DNA of 64,000 nucleotides from Podospora anserina. Taxonomy: Eukaryota. Below the pieces are notes generated by a model that was not told where the DNA came from, did no database searches, and saw nothing but the letters and a program-made list of their open reading frames with translations. Shown here one piece after another: positions 49,274 through 61,888 of this stretch. The DNA lies in the NCBI GenBank assembly GCA_017654855.1, contig CM030334.1, positions 2,170,001-2,234,000 on the forward strand. The letters are read 5' to 3'. Position 1 is the first letter of the stretch, and each line of letters starts with the position of its first letter. Position numbers and translations under genes: made by a program.

Positions 49274-50852
49274 GATGACCTGTCATCTGTTACGTTACTT
49301 ACAAAATTATATCGAAAAAAAAAAATGTCATGATGATGATGTCCTCGTCATGGTCAATGTTGATGTCCCAGCCACAACAGAAAAAGGTGAAAAGGAGACT
49401 AAAACATCACACGCCGGGGAGAAGAAAAATTGGGCAAGTTGGAGCTATAAGACACGGGATCACGACATTTTTCGTTTTCGTTTTGAGAGAATACAACAAC
49501 ACCCCAGAGATTTCATGCTATACCATCACCCATCACCTGGTCAGCCTATATCTTGGCTGGCGGGCGGGCGGGTAAAAAGAGTGAACGAATGAATGAATGA
49601 ATGGGTGATCACCTCCTCCCCCTCAGCCAACTGAAACCTTCCCTTTATCAAAACATTCTAGTTCTTACCAAGGGAGATATCATATGGTTCCGGTCCCCCC
49701 CCACGCTTCGCTCAACTCGGAGGTTTGAGCTTCATCAAGGAGGTAGAAACTTGAAGAGATATGAGAAAAGACAAGGACTACCCTGCCTTCTACAAAACGG
49801 TCTGGACCAGAGTGGATGACAAGAGCCGAAAGCTCCCTCCCGTGTAAATGCGGGATAGGTTATGCTTGGTTGATCGCATAGACTTTATAAACGCCCCGTA
49901 AAGGACAAGGGAAGTGCCGAGCTGGGGTTGGGTAACGGAGGCGGCTATTGGGGTGCTAGGGGGGGGGAGGGAAAGAAAGATGCTATGAAACGGGCGTCTG
50001 GCAGGGTCGCTAGCTAGGTAGGTAGGTGGGTGAGGGATATAGAAAAGAGCGTTAGCGTTGCGAGTGAAAGGCTTGGTTCTAAATTCTCAAACACTGATAT
50101 CGATGTTGACTTACCATGGATAGTTGAGGTGAGGTTGATGAGGCATCGAGCGCCAACATGTCGACATTCGGATGGAAAGAGAGCATCGCAACCATCGCAA
50201 CTTCAACTTCCCAAAGTCAAAGCCCATCCTCAAAGCTGAAAACACTCCAAATCTCTCTCGAAATCGGACACCCGGTCGCATAAAGTTCCTCTTGTCCCTC
50301 TCTCGCCTGATATGTTTACATTGTGTGATCGCCATCCAATCGAAGGCTACTGGAACAACCTCTAACAAGCGCACGGCCCCCTTCCCCCTCTTTCTCACCC
50401 CGGCACACATCAACGGTCCGTGGTGTCTTCCAAAAATGGCAGCAAAAGACAGGCAAGGCGTTTAAAGCTCCGGAGCTGAGACTTCAGCTGTGAGCCGCAT
50501 GAACTTGTGTATTCAGGCAAAAATGGTGATGATGGTCAGCTCGGTGCCGGAGGTTGGGGTGAGTGTAGGTGAGCCAAAGGTGGGTAACGAAGGTGAGCGG
50601 GTTATGTCTTTCTTTCAACATCTGCTTATACCGCTGTATATCGGGTCCCATTCTCATCTTCCATGTCGTGAGATGCTCAGCCTCATATGTATGTACATGT
50701 CCATCTAGTATACAACAAGCATCTCCATTGATGCCGTGTCCCTCCCAGCCCTCCCATTTTGTTTCTCTTATGTGACAAAATGCCGCCCATAAAATATGTT
50801 ACATGCCCCCTCCTGTATTTTCCCAACCCATCTCATTTTGCAAATATCTCTT

Positions 50853-52707
50853 TCATATCCCATACCTCGCCCCCCTCCTCTGCGCATGCAAATCAAACTC
50901 CCTCCTCACCATCCCCCCCAGCACCTCCCCCACAAACCCCTCATCCACCTCCTCCCCCCACCGTCCCCTCAACTCATCATAAACCTCCATCACCCTCTTC
51001 TTCCCCGAGCAAGCATCAAACGCCCTCAAAACCCAAACCACCAACCAAGTCTGCAAATGCACCCCCGTCACCTCCCCCTCCCCCCACAGCCCTCAGCAGC
51101 GCCTTGAAAATCTCCTCCAAATGCCTCTCCGACCACGCACTCCTGTGCAACCTCCCGTGCCTCGCAAACCCCTTGAACAGCCCCAAAAAAATCGCCCCGT
51201 GCAGCGGAATCTGAAAATACTTCATCTCATCCAAATACCTCGCCACCCTCCCCAAATCCCCCTGCTTCCCATAGTAATTCACCAAGATCCTATAAGTCTG
51301 CAGGTCCGGCGTCGTCAACGCCATGCTCTGAAACCTCTCCCTCTGCTCGGGGAACCTCCTCCCCAACTTCCCCATCATCATCAACGCCTGCGTGATCGCC
51401 CTCTCCGTCATCACCCCTCCCTTGACCGGCACCTCCTCCAAGTCGGAATTCGCAGCCTTCATCCTCTCGTATATCCTATCCGCCGCCGTCTCCTCCCCCG
51501 CCCTCAGCAAGCCCGACATCATGGCGTTCAGCACCACCGTGTCGACAATCTCCCCCCGCTCCACCATCTCCCGGTACGCCGCCCTCATCCCCCCAGTCTC
51601 GTACTTGAGACTGAAGTAGTAAATCAGGCTGACGTAGTGATACCGATTGTACACATGCCCCCTCTGCTCCATCTCCTTGTAAATCATCTCGGCCAGCACA
51701 AAATTGCCCGCTTTACAGGCGACAGTGAACAGAATGTTGAACGTGACATCGTTCCCCTTGATCCCGGCGTCAATCTCCATCTCCCTCCACATCTTTAACG
51801 CCTGCTCGTTTTCCACCTCTGTGATTCTGCCGACGTATTTGCTGCCAAAGTGAATGACCCTGTTCCACTCACTTCTCGTCAGGGCAATCCCGCTGTTTTT
51901 GACATCGCCAATCACAGTAAAGTAGCGCATCATGGATCTGGCATTCAGCTTGGGAGGTTGACCGAGGGCTTTCAATAGTTGATGTCGAAAGTTGGCGTCG
52001 AGATGCAGGATTTTCGGTTCGGAGAGGCGCTGGTACAGGGAGTAAACGGTGTCTAGGTCGCCCATTTCGGGCTTGATCAGGTGGTATCTGACGGCGAAGC
52101 GCAGCTCGAAGAGGACTTGTTCATCTTGTTGATTCCGGGGGCGGATAACCTCGTCGGGAGCAGGATACTCGACTTGTTCTTTGGTTTTCGCGAGGGAAAT
52201 CTTGGGGGTGTCGGCTTGGGCATAACCGCGCATGTAGGGGTCGGCGTGCAACTCGACATAATCGCTCAGGGGCGCGATGGGTTCCCCATCGTAGGGGTCG
52301 ACGAGGGCGAGGAGCTCTTCTTTGGAGTGGCCTGGTGGAGGGTGGACTGTTTCTGACCCTGGGTCTGGCTCGGAGCACAAAGGTGACGTTTCGTCTTTGG
52401 CCGGTGCTGGAGGTGTAGCTCTCGCGGTGTTGCTCTTTGCTAAATAAGCCAACGACGGCCGGAAGGAGCTCCAGAATCGGATGGTCGAGAATCGGCGGAG
52501 GGTCGGGAGGGTCAAGGCATAGTGAAGCGGGGCTGTCGAGCGGTGGTGATGATTCAGAAAACCCCTCCCCGACCCTCCGCCATGGTTATAACACGCGGGC
52601 AAGATATTGGTCTGCCATTGCCAGGTCGACGACGTTGACGACGACGGGCGGTGCAAAAAGAGGATCGCGCCGCATATCGACCCGTCAATTCGTCTGGAGA
52701 CTTTCAT
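50853..52707 (-). CDS. Mitochondrial pentatricopeptide-repeat (PPR) protein with an apparent 1-base frameshift near the 3' end
   Basis: PPR repeats NDVTFNILFTVACKAGN, DTVVLNAMMSGLLRAGE and PDLQTYRILVNYYGKQGD. Likely start MKVSRRIDG at 52707. The frame as given stops at 51016, but a protein-like helical tail continues in ORF 50853..51071. Confidence 0.85.
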
Positions 52708-53283
52708 GGGCTGTCGTCCAACATGGTGGCCTGCCGTCAGCCCGACCTCGCATGCCCTGTGTGTCGTTGTGTCGATGCTCCCGTGTCGGTGGTTGGTTCG
52801 TCCGGCAGTTTGAAGGGGGGCGGAGTCACGGCGCCGGGGGGTCAAGGTCGTCGTCAACGATGGGGGGCGTTGATAAAGCACAAGAAAAAGTCGACATCGA
52901 AGCTTATCGCAACTGTGCTTTTGCTTGCCCCCACCTTTAGCAAGGATTATAGCGCTACAGTGCTACTAAGCTAAGGTACGAACCAATGACCGCTGCCGCA
53001 AAGCCCAAGCTCCCGCCGTCATGGAGGGGACAAAATTTCTGCCAGGGGCATTTCTCTCATAAAACCCCAACCCTCCCCAATCAAAAAGTTGGAATGCCCC
53101 GCAATTCAATCGGCACTACTTCGTACCAACCTTGAAGATTGGCAAGCCAGCCGTTATCCCATATTTTGATATCGTGGGAATTGTGATTGCGACTGGGGAC
53201 GGCAACATACCACCATCACCACAATCCCCTCCCCAATTTCTCACCAGATCCTCCTCCCTCCCGGGGAGTAGTCCTCCATCAAA

Positions 53284-54079
53284 ATGGCCCGCGGCCCCTC
53301 CCGCCTCCTCGCCTCGCGCGTCCACCAGACAGCCACCGAATCCCTAGCCTCGACCGTCTACCCAAAAACCTACAACCCTTCCCCCCCCTGGGTCGCCGCC
53401 CTAGCCAACATCCCCCCCTCTGAAATCTGGACACGACCCTACCCAGCCCAGCACGCCCTCCTGCCCGTCCGCCTCCCCAAATCACGTAAGACCCCCCCGA
53501 AAAACCTCTACCGCCCAACCAAGATCGAGCACCCCGAGGACCGCCTCCGCAAGCAATTCTACTCCGACCACCCATGGGAACTCGCCCGGCCCAAGCTCCT
53601 CATGGAAATCGACGGCAAGGACGCTCGGTATCGGGATTGGAGCAAAGGACTCCGACAGCCGGGGATGAAGTTGTCTGGAGAGAGGTACATCACCCCCTGC
53701 TTGAAAAAGAACAAAAAAAAAAAAAACCAAAGAGTGATAACTGACAGAAAACAGTGTCGTCCAACGCCAACTATACCTCATGCAACACGCCAAAATGACG
53801 CGAGCGCAAGCCTACGACGTTGCCCGCAAGGAGTTCTACAAGCTCCGCCGCTTCGAGGAGACAGAGGCCAGGATAGCCCAGGAAGAAGCGAGGGCCTACG
53901 GCGCCTACTTTGGCAAGACGGTCAACCAGGTCGGCATGGAGCTCGAGGACAAGGAGTACAACAACTGGCTCAAGTGGGCTGGGGAGGAGATTGAAGGGCA
54001 GGAGATGGAGAGGCAGGCGGCCTACGCGAATGATATTGATTTACCCGAGGTGGAGGCTGAGGAGGCTGCCGATGTGTAG
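53284..54079 (+). CDS. RSM25: Mitochondrial small-subunit ribosomal protein mS23 (Rsm25)
   Basis: Exons 53284-53684 and 53755-54079. Motifs EDRLRKQFYSDHPWELARP, LSGES|VVQRQL and AYDVARKEFY..R...EEARAYGA.FG. Confidence 0.93.
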
Positions 54080-54337
54080 AGAGTGAGTGAGTGAGTGGGT
54101 GGGTTGTTGTTAGCTTCCTGAAGGGAGCTGGAGAGACGGACAGTAGAGAAACTGTTCGGGTGTGGCTCTCTGTGTATACATGCAAAATTATGGGTGGTTT
54201 GGGAGGGTAGAGATCACAAAATTTGTACACAGGTTCAGGATCGCTGGTTATGTTCGTATTGGACAAACGAGGACGGGGTATCGTTGAATTCATGAAAGCA
54301 ATGCTAACCCGCCAAACACGCAAACATCCATCCCAGC

Positions 54338-55099
54338 TCACCCCATCCTCGCCCCCTTGGCAGCCCCGACCTCCCCGACATAAACCACCCCCTCATACTT
54401 GTCGCACAGCTGCCGATGCTGAACCCCAAACACCTCCGCAATGCCGCTCCAGTAAAACATCTTGCCCGTCAGGCTCAAGCTGTTAATCCGCGCCCAGCTC
54501 TCCACGTAAACCACTTTGCAGCCGTCTTGGGGAACAACGGCGAGTAGCTTGAGGATGTACGCAACCAAAGCGACCACAAACCCCGTCCCAGGCCCATTGG
54601 TAACAATCACATTCGGCCACTTATACCCCTCCCCCTTCCTCGACCTAGGAACCGTGCTCAACGCCTTCACCGCCCCCACCCCCGTAACCAAACTCGTAAA
54701 CGGCGCGGTCCAAAAAGGCTGGTGAACCCTCCTCGCCCTCGGAATTGTAAACATATCCCGGGTGCCAACCCGAGCCTTGTCACCACCGGCCACAGAACCG
54801 AGAACAGCCCGGTCCAGCAACGACTCCAACCTCAACAACCGCCGCAAGGAATCCCCATCTCCGCTCGTAATCACATAGCGCCGGTGCTGCGCCGGCGACG
54901 GCAAGAACGAGTTCTTGATGGTTTCAAACATCTCGGTCGTGTGCCCGCCCGACCCCAAGACGAAGAGGAAGTAGGCGGGCACACGCCCGAGGATGCCGTC
55001 ACCGCGCGAGGAGGCGACCGGGACAGCACCGCGGGCCAGCGCGGGAAACAGACCACCGCGCGCACGGCGGCGGGAGGAGACAAGGGTTTGATGGCGGTA
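54338..55099 (-). CDS. ALG14: Alg14 subunit of UDP-GlcNAc transferase (last exon; upstream exon unresolved)
   Basis: Motifs VLGSGGHTTEM, IPRARRVHQ, TNGPGT and VYVESWARINSLSLTGK. Branch site GCTAAC and CAG acceptor just before 55099. Confidence 0.9.
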   Translation of the reverse strand, partial: YRHQTLVSSRRRARGGLFPALARGAVPVASSRGDGILGRVPAYFLFVLGSGGHTTEMFETIKNSFLPSPAQHRRYVITSGDGDSLRRLLRLESLLDRAVLGSVAGGDKARVGTRDMFTIPRARRVHQPFWTAPFTSLVTGVGAVKALSTVPRSRKGEGYKWPNVIVTNGPGTGFVVALVAYILKLLAVVPQDGCKVVYVESWARINSLSLTGKMFYWSGIAEVFGVQHRQLCDKYEGVVYVGEVGAAKGARMG

Positions 55100-56497
55100 C
55101 TGGCGAGGAAAGGTCGGTTAGCAAACGGTCTGGGACAGGGCACCCCTCCAGTTTTACAAGCCGCCGCCGGCTCTGGGGAGGTGAACCTCCGCGGAAGCCG
55201 AACGACGACCCCAAGGAGGCGCCGGTAAGGGCAGGCATCCACGACTCCACTGCGTAAAAACAGACGATCGTCCGCTGTCCTCACTAGAGGTGGGACAAGG
55301 CTACTGAAGCGTGCTTGGTCGCGAGGGTAGATTTTCCCTCGCAAGTTTCCAATAGGAGAGGAAGGAAAACTTGACTGATGAGTGCATTGTGAAGTGTGAC
55401 AAATTTGAGAACACGGTGCGGATGATAGAGAGGTGTAAATGAGGAAAAGGAGATGTATGTATAGAGGATGCATCCAAGAAGACAAGTGAGAGTAAGCTAG
55501 CGAAAGGCAGAACCATTGTTTGCCAAAAAACAGAATTGAATATGATATGCTGTGTGTAGGTAGGAATGAGCTTGACAGCGACATTCATCAAGCGCTCTCG
55601 AAAGGAAACATTTTGAGTGGTCTTGATCGCCGGCATGAATGTGAGGTAAAGAACAAGGGGGATGCAATGACTCGAAGAAGTTCTTGCAATAGAAAACCAC
55701 TTCAGAAGTAGAAAAGATAAAAAGGAGCTGGGCAGAAGAAACCGCTCCCAGACGTGACCAAGCACCAAACCCCATATAACGGCTCGGGAGAATGGCGCCC
55801 ACGAAGATCCCCGATCGACAGACTCTTGGAAGGAGACTACATGAGACACTTCGACTTTGCTCGATCACATTCCGCCAAAAGCAGACAGCACTTGTTGTCC
55901 CCCTTTGCTCCCCCAGACATCCCCACCTCTCGCCTGAGCCACTCCGATCCCTCAACGGCAAGCTGCAACAATAACCTGAGAAGTGAAAAAGAATAACTTA
56001 CAGCCACACCCGAGCAACCGGCCACGACTAAAGTCGCGAGCGCGGGCCAAGACAACTTGACAACGGCTGCAGCAGCCGCGACAAACGCACACAAGAGCGC
56101 GAGGAAAACTATTTTTTTTTCACAAAGGTAAATTGTTAGCAAGCTGTTTCATGTCTGTTTTCATACGATTTGGGGTTTGATCTTGAATAGTGAGAACTCC
56201 GCCTCCAAAGGAGCTGCAAGTCATGAGAAATGTGACGAGTCGTCCTAGAACTTGAGTATTCGAAGTTGACAATGTGTGCCTTTTTTGTGTCTCTGAGATG
56301 AAGCCCGAGAAGAGCTTTCTCAGGACCTGACATCACGTCTTGGAAAGTGGAACTGGGCTCTCCCACGGGTCGATGTGAAATCTTCAAAGTCGAAGAGTAA
56401 CCTGGCCCCTGATTTTGTCAAGTCGTAGAACAACATGATCTCTCATTTTTTTTTCAAGGTCCCTAGTCCGAGGACATGTGATGTAAAGACGATAGTT

Positions 56498-57007
56498 CTA
56501 CTTACCACCGAGCAAACCACCCTCACCCCCCATCTCATCGATCGACTCGAGCATTTTGATCTCGTCTTGTTCTTCCGCTGGAGGTGCTGACTTTGGTGGA
56601 GATGGCGACGGCGAAGCTGTTTCTTGCGGTCTGGCAGGTGACACCAGTGAGGCTTTTTCTTGAGCTGCCGAAACTTGTGGCGAGGGCCGTTCTCGTGGCG
56701 ACAAAGGCTTCGATGGCAGCGTTGATGAAGAACTGAGGTCTGAAGTCAGGATTGTCTGTGAAGAGGAAGAACTGAGATCTGAAGTTGGGACTGTTTGTGG
56801 CGAGGAAGGAACAAGATCTGAAGGCGGCACTGATTGTGGTGATGACGAAAAGAAATCTGAAGCCGGTGGCTCCAAGTTTTGCTCTGCTGGGCTTCGCCCT
56901 TCTCGTTGCCGGTTGTTCTGGGGAAAGCCTGGCTGGTCTGCGAGGCTGTCGACGGGTTTATGAGTCGCTGCCTGGCTCTCGCCCCGGTCAGAAAGATGCG
57001 GGTCCAT
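56498..57007 (-). CDS. Hypothetical Ser/Pro-rich protein with 13-aa repeats; probably a first exon, possibly of a decayed gene
   Basis: 169-codon ORF ending at a GTAAGT donor-like site near 56505. No convincing downstream exon found. Confidence 0.4.
   Translation of the reverse strand: MDPHLSDRGESQAATHKPVDSLADQPGFPQNNRQREGRSPAEQNLEPPASDFFSSSPQSVPPSDLVPSSPQTVPTSDLSSSSSQTILTSDLSSSSTLPSKPLSPRERPSPQVSAAQEKASLVSPARPQETASPSPSPPKSAPPAEEQDEIKMLESIDEMGGEGGLLGGK
56725..56862. repeat. 39-bp degenerate coding minisatellite, ~3.5 copies
   Basis: TCTGAAG recurs at 56739, 56778, 56817 and 56856. Encodes SDFFSSSPQSVPP / SDLVPSSPQTVPT / SDLSSSSSQTILT / SDLSSSS on the minus strand. Confidence 0.85.
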
Positions 57008-57990
57008 TATGGCAGTGACTTGAGTCTATTATCGCGAGAATCAATGGGGGGCGACTAATTGAGGTTGTCGACTAAGCGGCGGGGATGGTGGTGGTGGTGG
57101 TGGTGATGTTGGGCGGTCTGTGGTGTTGATGCCAAGAGATTGATCCCTGAGCCCCTTTCGAGGTTGGGTTCGGGCTGATGTTGGCCAGCTGCTGAAGAAA
57201 GATTGTCGACATATACTTGGAGACTTTCAAACCCGGTTTCGGATGAAAATATGCAGTTGGATGCTCCAGACACCAAGTCTGTGTTGAACTTGCGAATCAA
57301 ATACAGCAATGCTCAAAGGTGAAATGGGTGACGGCTGTTCTGGGGTAATGTGCGTATGGTGCAAGATGGCAGGTGTTGTTCATCTAATGTCTGAGTGAAA
57401 TTGATCTTGCTGGCGGCCAGTTAGTAACTTGTTCAAGAACGAATGAGTCGAGAAGCTACAGCAGGCCTGCGGTGGGAGACGAACTGGTTGTGGTGTGAAT
57501 TGAGACGCTCAAAAGCCCAATCTGGCTTCTCTGTCTCGTCGTTGAACTGGGAGAGTCTGTGCTCGCTGGCTTGGAGTTTCTGAACTCAATATTCTAGCAG
57601 CTTGCTGTACAGTAAGAGAATCCTCCCGCTACCGAATTTGAAGAATGGAAGCTGAAGTTGTAAGTCAAAGTCGTGAAGAGGCCAGCAATTCGATGTGGTG
57701 GGTCAAGTTACAAAGATGTGCAATTACAAGTAACGAATTCAGGCACACGTGGTCCGTGCCTTGTGCCAAGACACAATGACGGTGTTGTGGGGAAATGCAT
57801 TCCCCTTTCGACCACGCATTTGAGTGCTGCTGGAAAACACGACCGCCCGGCAGAATCGCCGCGCAAGCTCCCTCCCTCTTTAGCTTTCCTGGAAACACCT
57901 TTTGGAACTGCCCCACGATCACATTGCTTCTGTCGCTTCCTTTGGTCAATCGCGTCTCGATATGCCGATTCAACCAAACATCAAATAACC

Positions 57991-59930
57991 ATGCCGCCGC
58001 GACGCCTATTTGGACCGCAGTACCTGTCGTGCTTTTACTGTGGCCACACCACCAAACTGCGCAACGATGGCAGTACAACACACTTCCGATGTCTCTCTTG
58101 TGATGCCGACAACTATCGCGATAGGGTAGAGTTCTATCATTCCTGTCAAAGTCCCCCTCTATACTGACATGACGCTAGAATGGCGAGCCGGTCAACCCTC
58201 CAGTGGCACGAACTAATACTTCGACGCCCGCACCTCGATACGCTGTCCCACGCCCTGGGTCCCCTCCAGCAAGCCCGGCCAACTCAGTCTTTTGCAAGAC
58301 GTGCTTAAACAATCAACGTCTTTTGAGTGCCAGTCTTGCCCAATATCTTCCCGATTCCGACGAGTCCGACGATTCAGACAACGGGGAGCGAGAGAGCCGG
58401 TTTGATGAGTTTCGCATTACCCAAGAGCGCATCTATCCCCAGATGTGTGCCGAGTGTGAGCCCAAAGTCCGGCAGCGTCTAGACCAGGCGGCCTACACAG
58501 CCAAGACCGATACCCTTCGGCGCATGATGGACCGCAATTCCAACATTCGGCGCAAGATTTACATCCAGTCGAGGATGCCTATAAAGATACTGAACGGCAT
58601 TGGGAGATTGCTGTGGGTGTCGGGCTTCGTGTTACAACTTGTGTGGCATAGTTTGCTCTCTACCACAAACACCAACCAGATCCCATATTCCTCTTGGCTG
58701 CCATTGTCAGACACATTGCTGAAATGGAGCATTGGAGCCACAGTTTTGGGGATGTGGTGGAATCCACGGTTGTTGGATATGATAGCTGGAAACAGCAGGC
58801 AGATTACTGGGCTATTTCGCTGGTACTTGATTCAGTTTATTGCCGTCTTCTCGCGTATATATCTACGTGTTGCTCCAGGCTCTGCAAATGCTGCTTTGCG
58901 GAAGTTGCCCTTCCAAACCGATTTGCAAATCATCGGCGCGACTGCTGCCACCATAGTATGTGCTATCCATCCATCTATTCATGTCCAAGATCAAATACTA
59001 ATCAGCAAGCAGCTATTTTTGATGTCATGGCAATCGGTCGGCCTCAAGCCTTTGCCTGTAATCAAACCAACCGCGAAACAATCAAACCAGTCCTCATTAC
59101 GGGGGAGACCAGTCGCGAAGAAGACGCCTGCCTCTTCCGGAGCCAAACCCAGAGCCTCCAGTGCGAAGAAGGACACCATAAAGTCTCTGGGAGATCTGTT
59201 GGATGAGCTGGAGCATATTGAGAGCTCCCCTCCAGAACCAAAACGACCAAGCACAGCAGCATCTACTGTCTATGATTTGTCACCCATCAGACGCGCGAGG
59301 GATGAGCCGCGTGCACCACGAATGGGCTTTACACATACCCTGGAAGCCCAGCAGCTTACCAACTCTCTTACCAGCATTCAAGAGCTTGACTCGATGAATC
59401 TTGTCTCACCGTCCTTTTTTCAGGACCCCCCTCAAAGGCAGGTCAATTATTCTGCAGAAATGGAGTGGGAGCCAGCGCCACCGCAACAGCAGGTCTCCTC
59501 GCATCGCGCTTTCAGCACTCAGGGCCAACGCAAGGCTCAGCCGTTTGGGGCTGCCCCAGTAGAACCCAAGAAGGGTCCGTTCTGGTACAAAGTCCCGCCG
59601 GCTCCAGTAACGCCTGCGCAGAGAGCATTTAACCCTCCGAACCAACCAAGACTGAGACCAAGCCCGGTGCAAGGTCAAGAAATCCAGTTCCGGGGCACTG
59701 GGACGCCCCAGAAGCAGTTGACTAGCAGTCGGCACTATGAGCCCGCGCCAGAATTTGCTCCAGCAACCTTCTTTGCGCAGCCAGGTCCGGATGACCCGAG
59801 AAACGAACTGACCGGCATGTTTTCGGGCAGTTTCAGTCTCGAGCACGAGAGTCCGAAGGAAGAAAAGCCACAGTCGACATGGCTTGGAAGATTGCGGAAC
59901 AGAACACCGGCATCAAACAAGAAGAAATAG
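57991..59930 (+). CDS. IMA1: Integral inner nuclear membrane protein Ima1 (NET5/Samp1 family)
   Basis: Introns 58126-58178 and 58956-59012. Four CxxC pairs (CFYC, CLSC, FCKTCLNNQ, YPQMCAEC), then TM segments and a disordered tail. Confidence 0.88.
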
Positions 59931-60416
59931 GAAGATGACAGAGAAAAATGGTTGTGATTGATTCACACAATAACGTGTACATGAATGACTAGGATACTGG
60001 GATGGTTGGATGGGTAGGGTCAGGATACGGCGGGGTTTTCTGTTTAGAGATATGTATACCCCTTTCATGTTGGTTGAAGAGTCATGCCCAGCAGGTTGTC
60101 AGGGCAACCTAACCCGATCAGGCGATCATGTAAATATTAGGTGTCGCCAGCCCCATTTTCATCGGTTTAAACAATTTCCATGGTGTTGTCAACCGGTTTT
60201 GCAGGCTTTTGCGTTGAGAGCTTTCGGACCCAGTCAAGTTGCCACTCTCAGTCCAAGATCCGGTTCTCTTACCAATTAGGGCCGTCACACGGCATAGGAT
60301 TTTGCTGGCACTATCTCACGTCAGTGACGGCATAGATCGGAACCCCCTATTCAAGCTGTTGTCTTGAACATCGTGAACCTCACTCCGACCGCTTCTGACT
60401 TTTCGACATCATCCAA

Positions 60417-61421
60417 ATGGAAAACCCAAACGACAACAACGACAACTCGCACTCCCACTACCGCACAACCGGCACACGCCGAATCCCCTCATGGCTCAAC
60501 GCCATACCCTCCGAAGCAGGCGGGGGAAGCGACGCGACAAGCAGAACAGGCCCCTCCGTCGCATCCCATCGCCACCACCACCACCCTCAAGGCCCGCCAC
60601 CGCGATATTCATTCGGACAGCCAGAGAAGTCATCATTTCCAGCAGCAACTCAAGACCAATCCATGTCCCCGCCCAAAATGAAGATAAGAGGACATTTCAA
60701 CCCTCCGAATCAGCAGCTTTACTCTGAGACATCACTTGCCTCTTCCGGCCCCCAGCAGCAGCAGCAGCATCAGTTTCAAACCCCAACAGCTTCCACCCAA
60801 CCCACACAGCCATCATCACAACAGTTACTCTCACTCTCACGACCCGAGCCACCGTGCCCAAGTAAACCCTCCCCTGTTATGGACCCCCTCCGTCAAGAGG
60901 TCACAACCAATTTCACGTCTCACTGCCCGGTGTGCATTTCTTCGTCGTCGTCGTCGTCCACCGGCCAATGTAACCGCTGCCAAATGATAAAATCATACGT
61001 CCACCAACCATGTCACACCTACCGCTTTTTGAGCTCGTTTCTGTTGCCCATCTCGGAAGTTTTCAACTACGAGGAGATGCTGGCTTATTTGAATGAGACG
61101 ATTATTGAGCGGGTTATGAAGGGAGGGAAGGCGGAGAAGGTTTATCCCGTGATGGACGACTTTGGGGTTGTGGTGGAAAAGGCAAGGAGGAGGAAGGAGT
61201 TTTTTGGAGGGGGGATGGATAGGGTGGAGGGGAGGGGGAGGAATGGGAGGGTTATTGGGCAGTGGGGGATGGTTAGGGAAGGGACACCCGTGAAGAGGGA
61301 AGAGGGGGGAGGGGGAGGAGGAGGAGGAGGAGGAGGAGGAGGAGGAGGAGGAGGAGGAGGAGCAGGAGGGCAGGGGTCTAAAAGGGGGGAGAGGAAGAGG
61401 GGGTGGAGTGAGGAGGGGTAG
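60417..61421 (+). CDS. Hypothetical 334-aa protein: disordered Q/S/P-rich N-terminus, Cys4-family domain (copy E) and poly-Gly tail
   Basis: From 60879, LRQEVTTNFTSHCPVC...CNRCQMI...HTYRFL...ISEVFNYEEMLAYLNETIIERV...DDFGVVVEKARRR...IGQWGMV aligns to copies A-D. Confidence 0.8.
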   Translation: MENPNDNNDNSHSHYRTTGTRRIPSWLNAIPSEAGGGSDATSRTGPSVASHRHHHHPQGPPPRYSFGQPEKSSFPAATQDQSMSPPKMKIRGHFNPPNQQLYSETSLASSGPQQQQQHQFQTPTASTQPTQPSSQQLLSLSRPEPPCPSKPSPVMDPLRQEVTTNFTSHCPVCISSSSSSSTGQCNRCQMIKSYVHQPCHTYRFLSSFLLPISEVFNYEEMLAYLNETIIERVMKGGKAEKVYPVMDDFGVVVEKARRRKEFFGGGMDRVEGRGRNGRVIGQWGMVREGTPVKREEGGGGGGGGGGGGGGGGGGGAGGQGSKRGERKRGWSEEG

Positions 61422-61740
61422 GATTGTGAGGTGTGTTTGAGCCTGTGCTGGATACCTCATCTAGGTTCTATGGCTGAAGCGTGGTTCAGGATACTATACT
61501 GTTGCCTTGAATTTGATAATACATATTGTTTTGCTACCACCGCGGACAGTATCTGAGAGAGGTAGAAAAGGTTATCGCGCAAAGGGGCGTGCCATGGGTT
61601 GAAAAGGTAAAGAGCAACGCCATCAAAGTAAAGTTTACACCCTCGGTAGCTATATCTTGCCCTCCAAGTGCAGCCCTCGAGTTTGAATCCTTTTCTCTTC
61701 CGTGCATAAAAAAACGACAGATCTGGTGACACCACCATCA

Positions 61741-61862
61741 AACCATCACCACCACCACCACCACCACCATCAACCATCAACCATCAACCATCAACCATCA
61801 ACCATCAACCATCAACCATCCACCACCACCACCACCACAACCCACTCATCAAACCATCACCA
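61741..61862. repeat. Compound (CAC)n / (AACCATC)n microsatellite upstream of the 61889 ORF
   Basis: Read directly; about seven tandem AACCATC units at 61772-61820. Confidence 0.9.
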
Positions 61863-61888
61863 ACCACAACACCCACCCCACAGCAAAA

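Noticed and set aside
61741-61862. AACCATC repeats as possible interstitial telomeric repeats
   Set aside because: They do not match the CCCTAA/TTAGGG repeat typical of filamentous ascomycetes; simple microsatellite.
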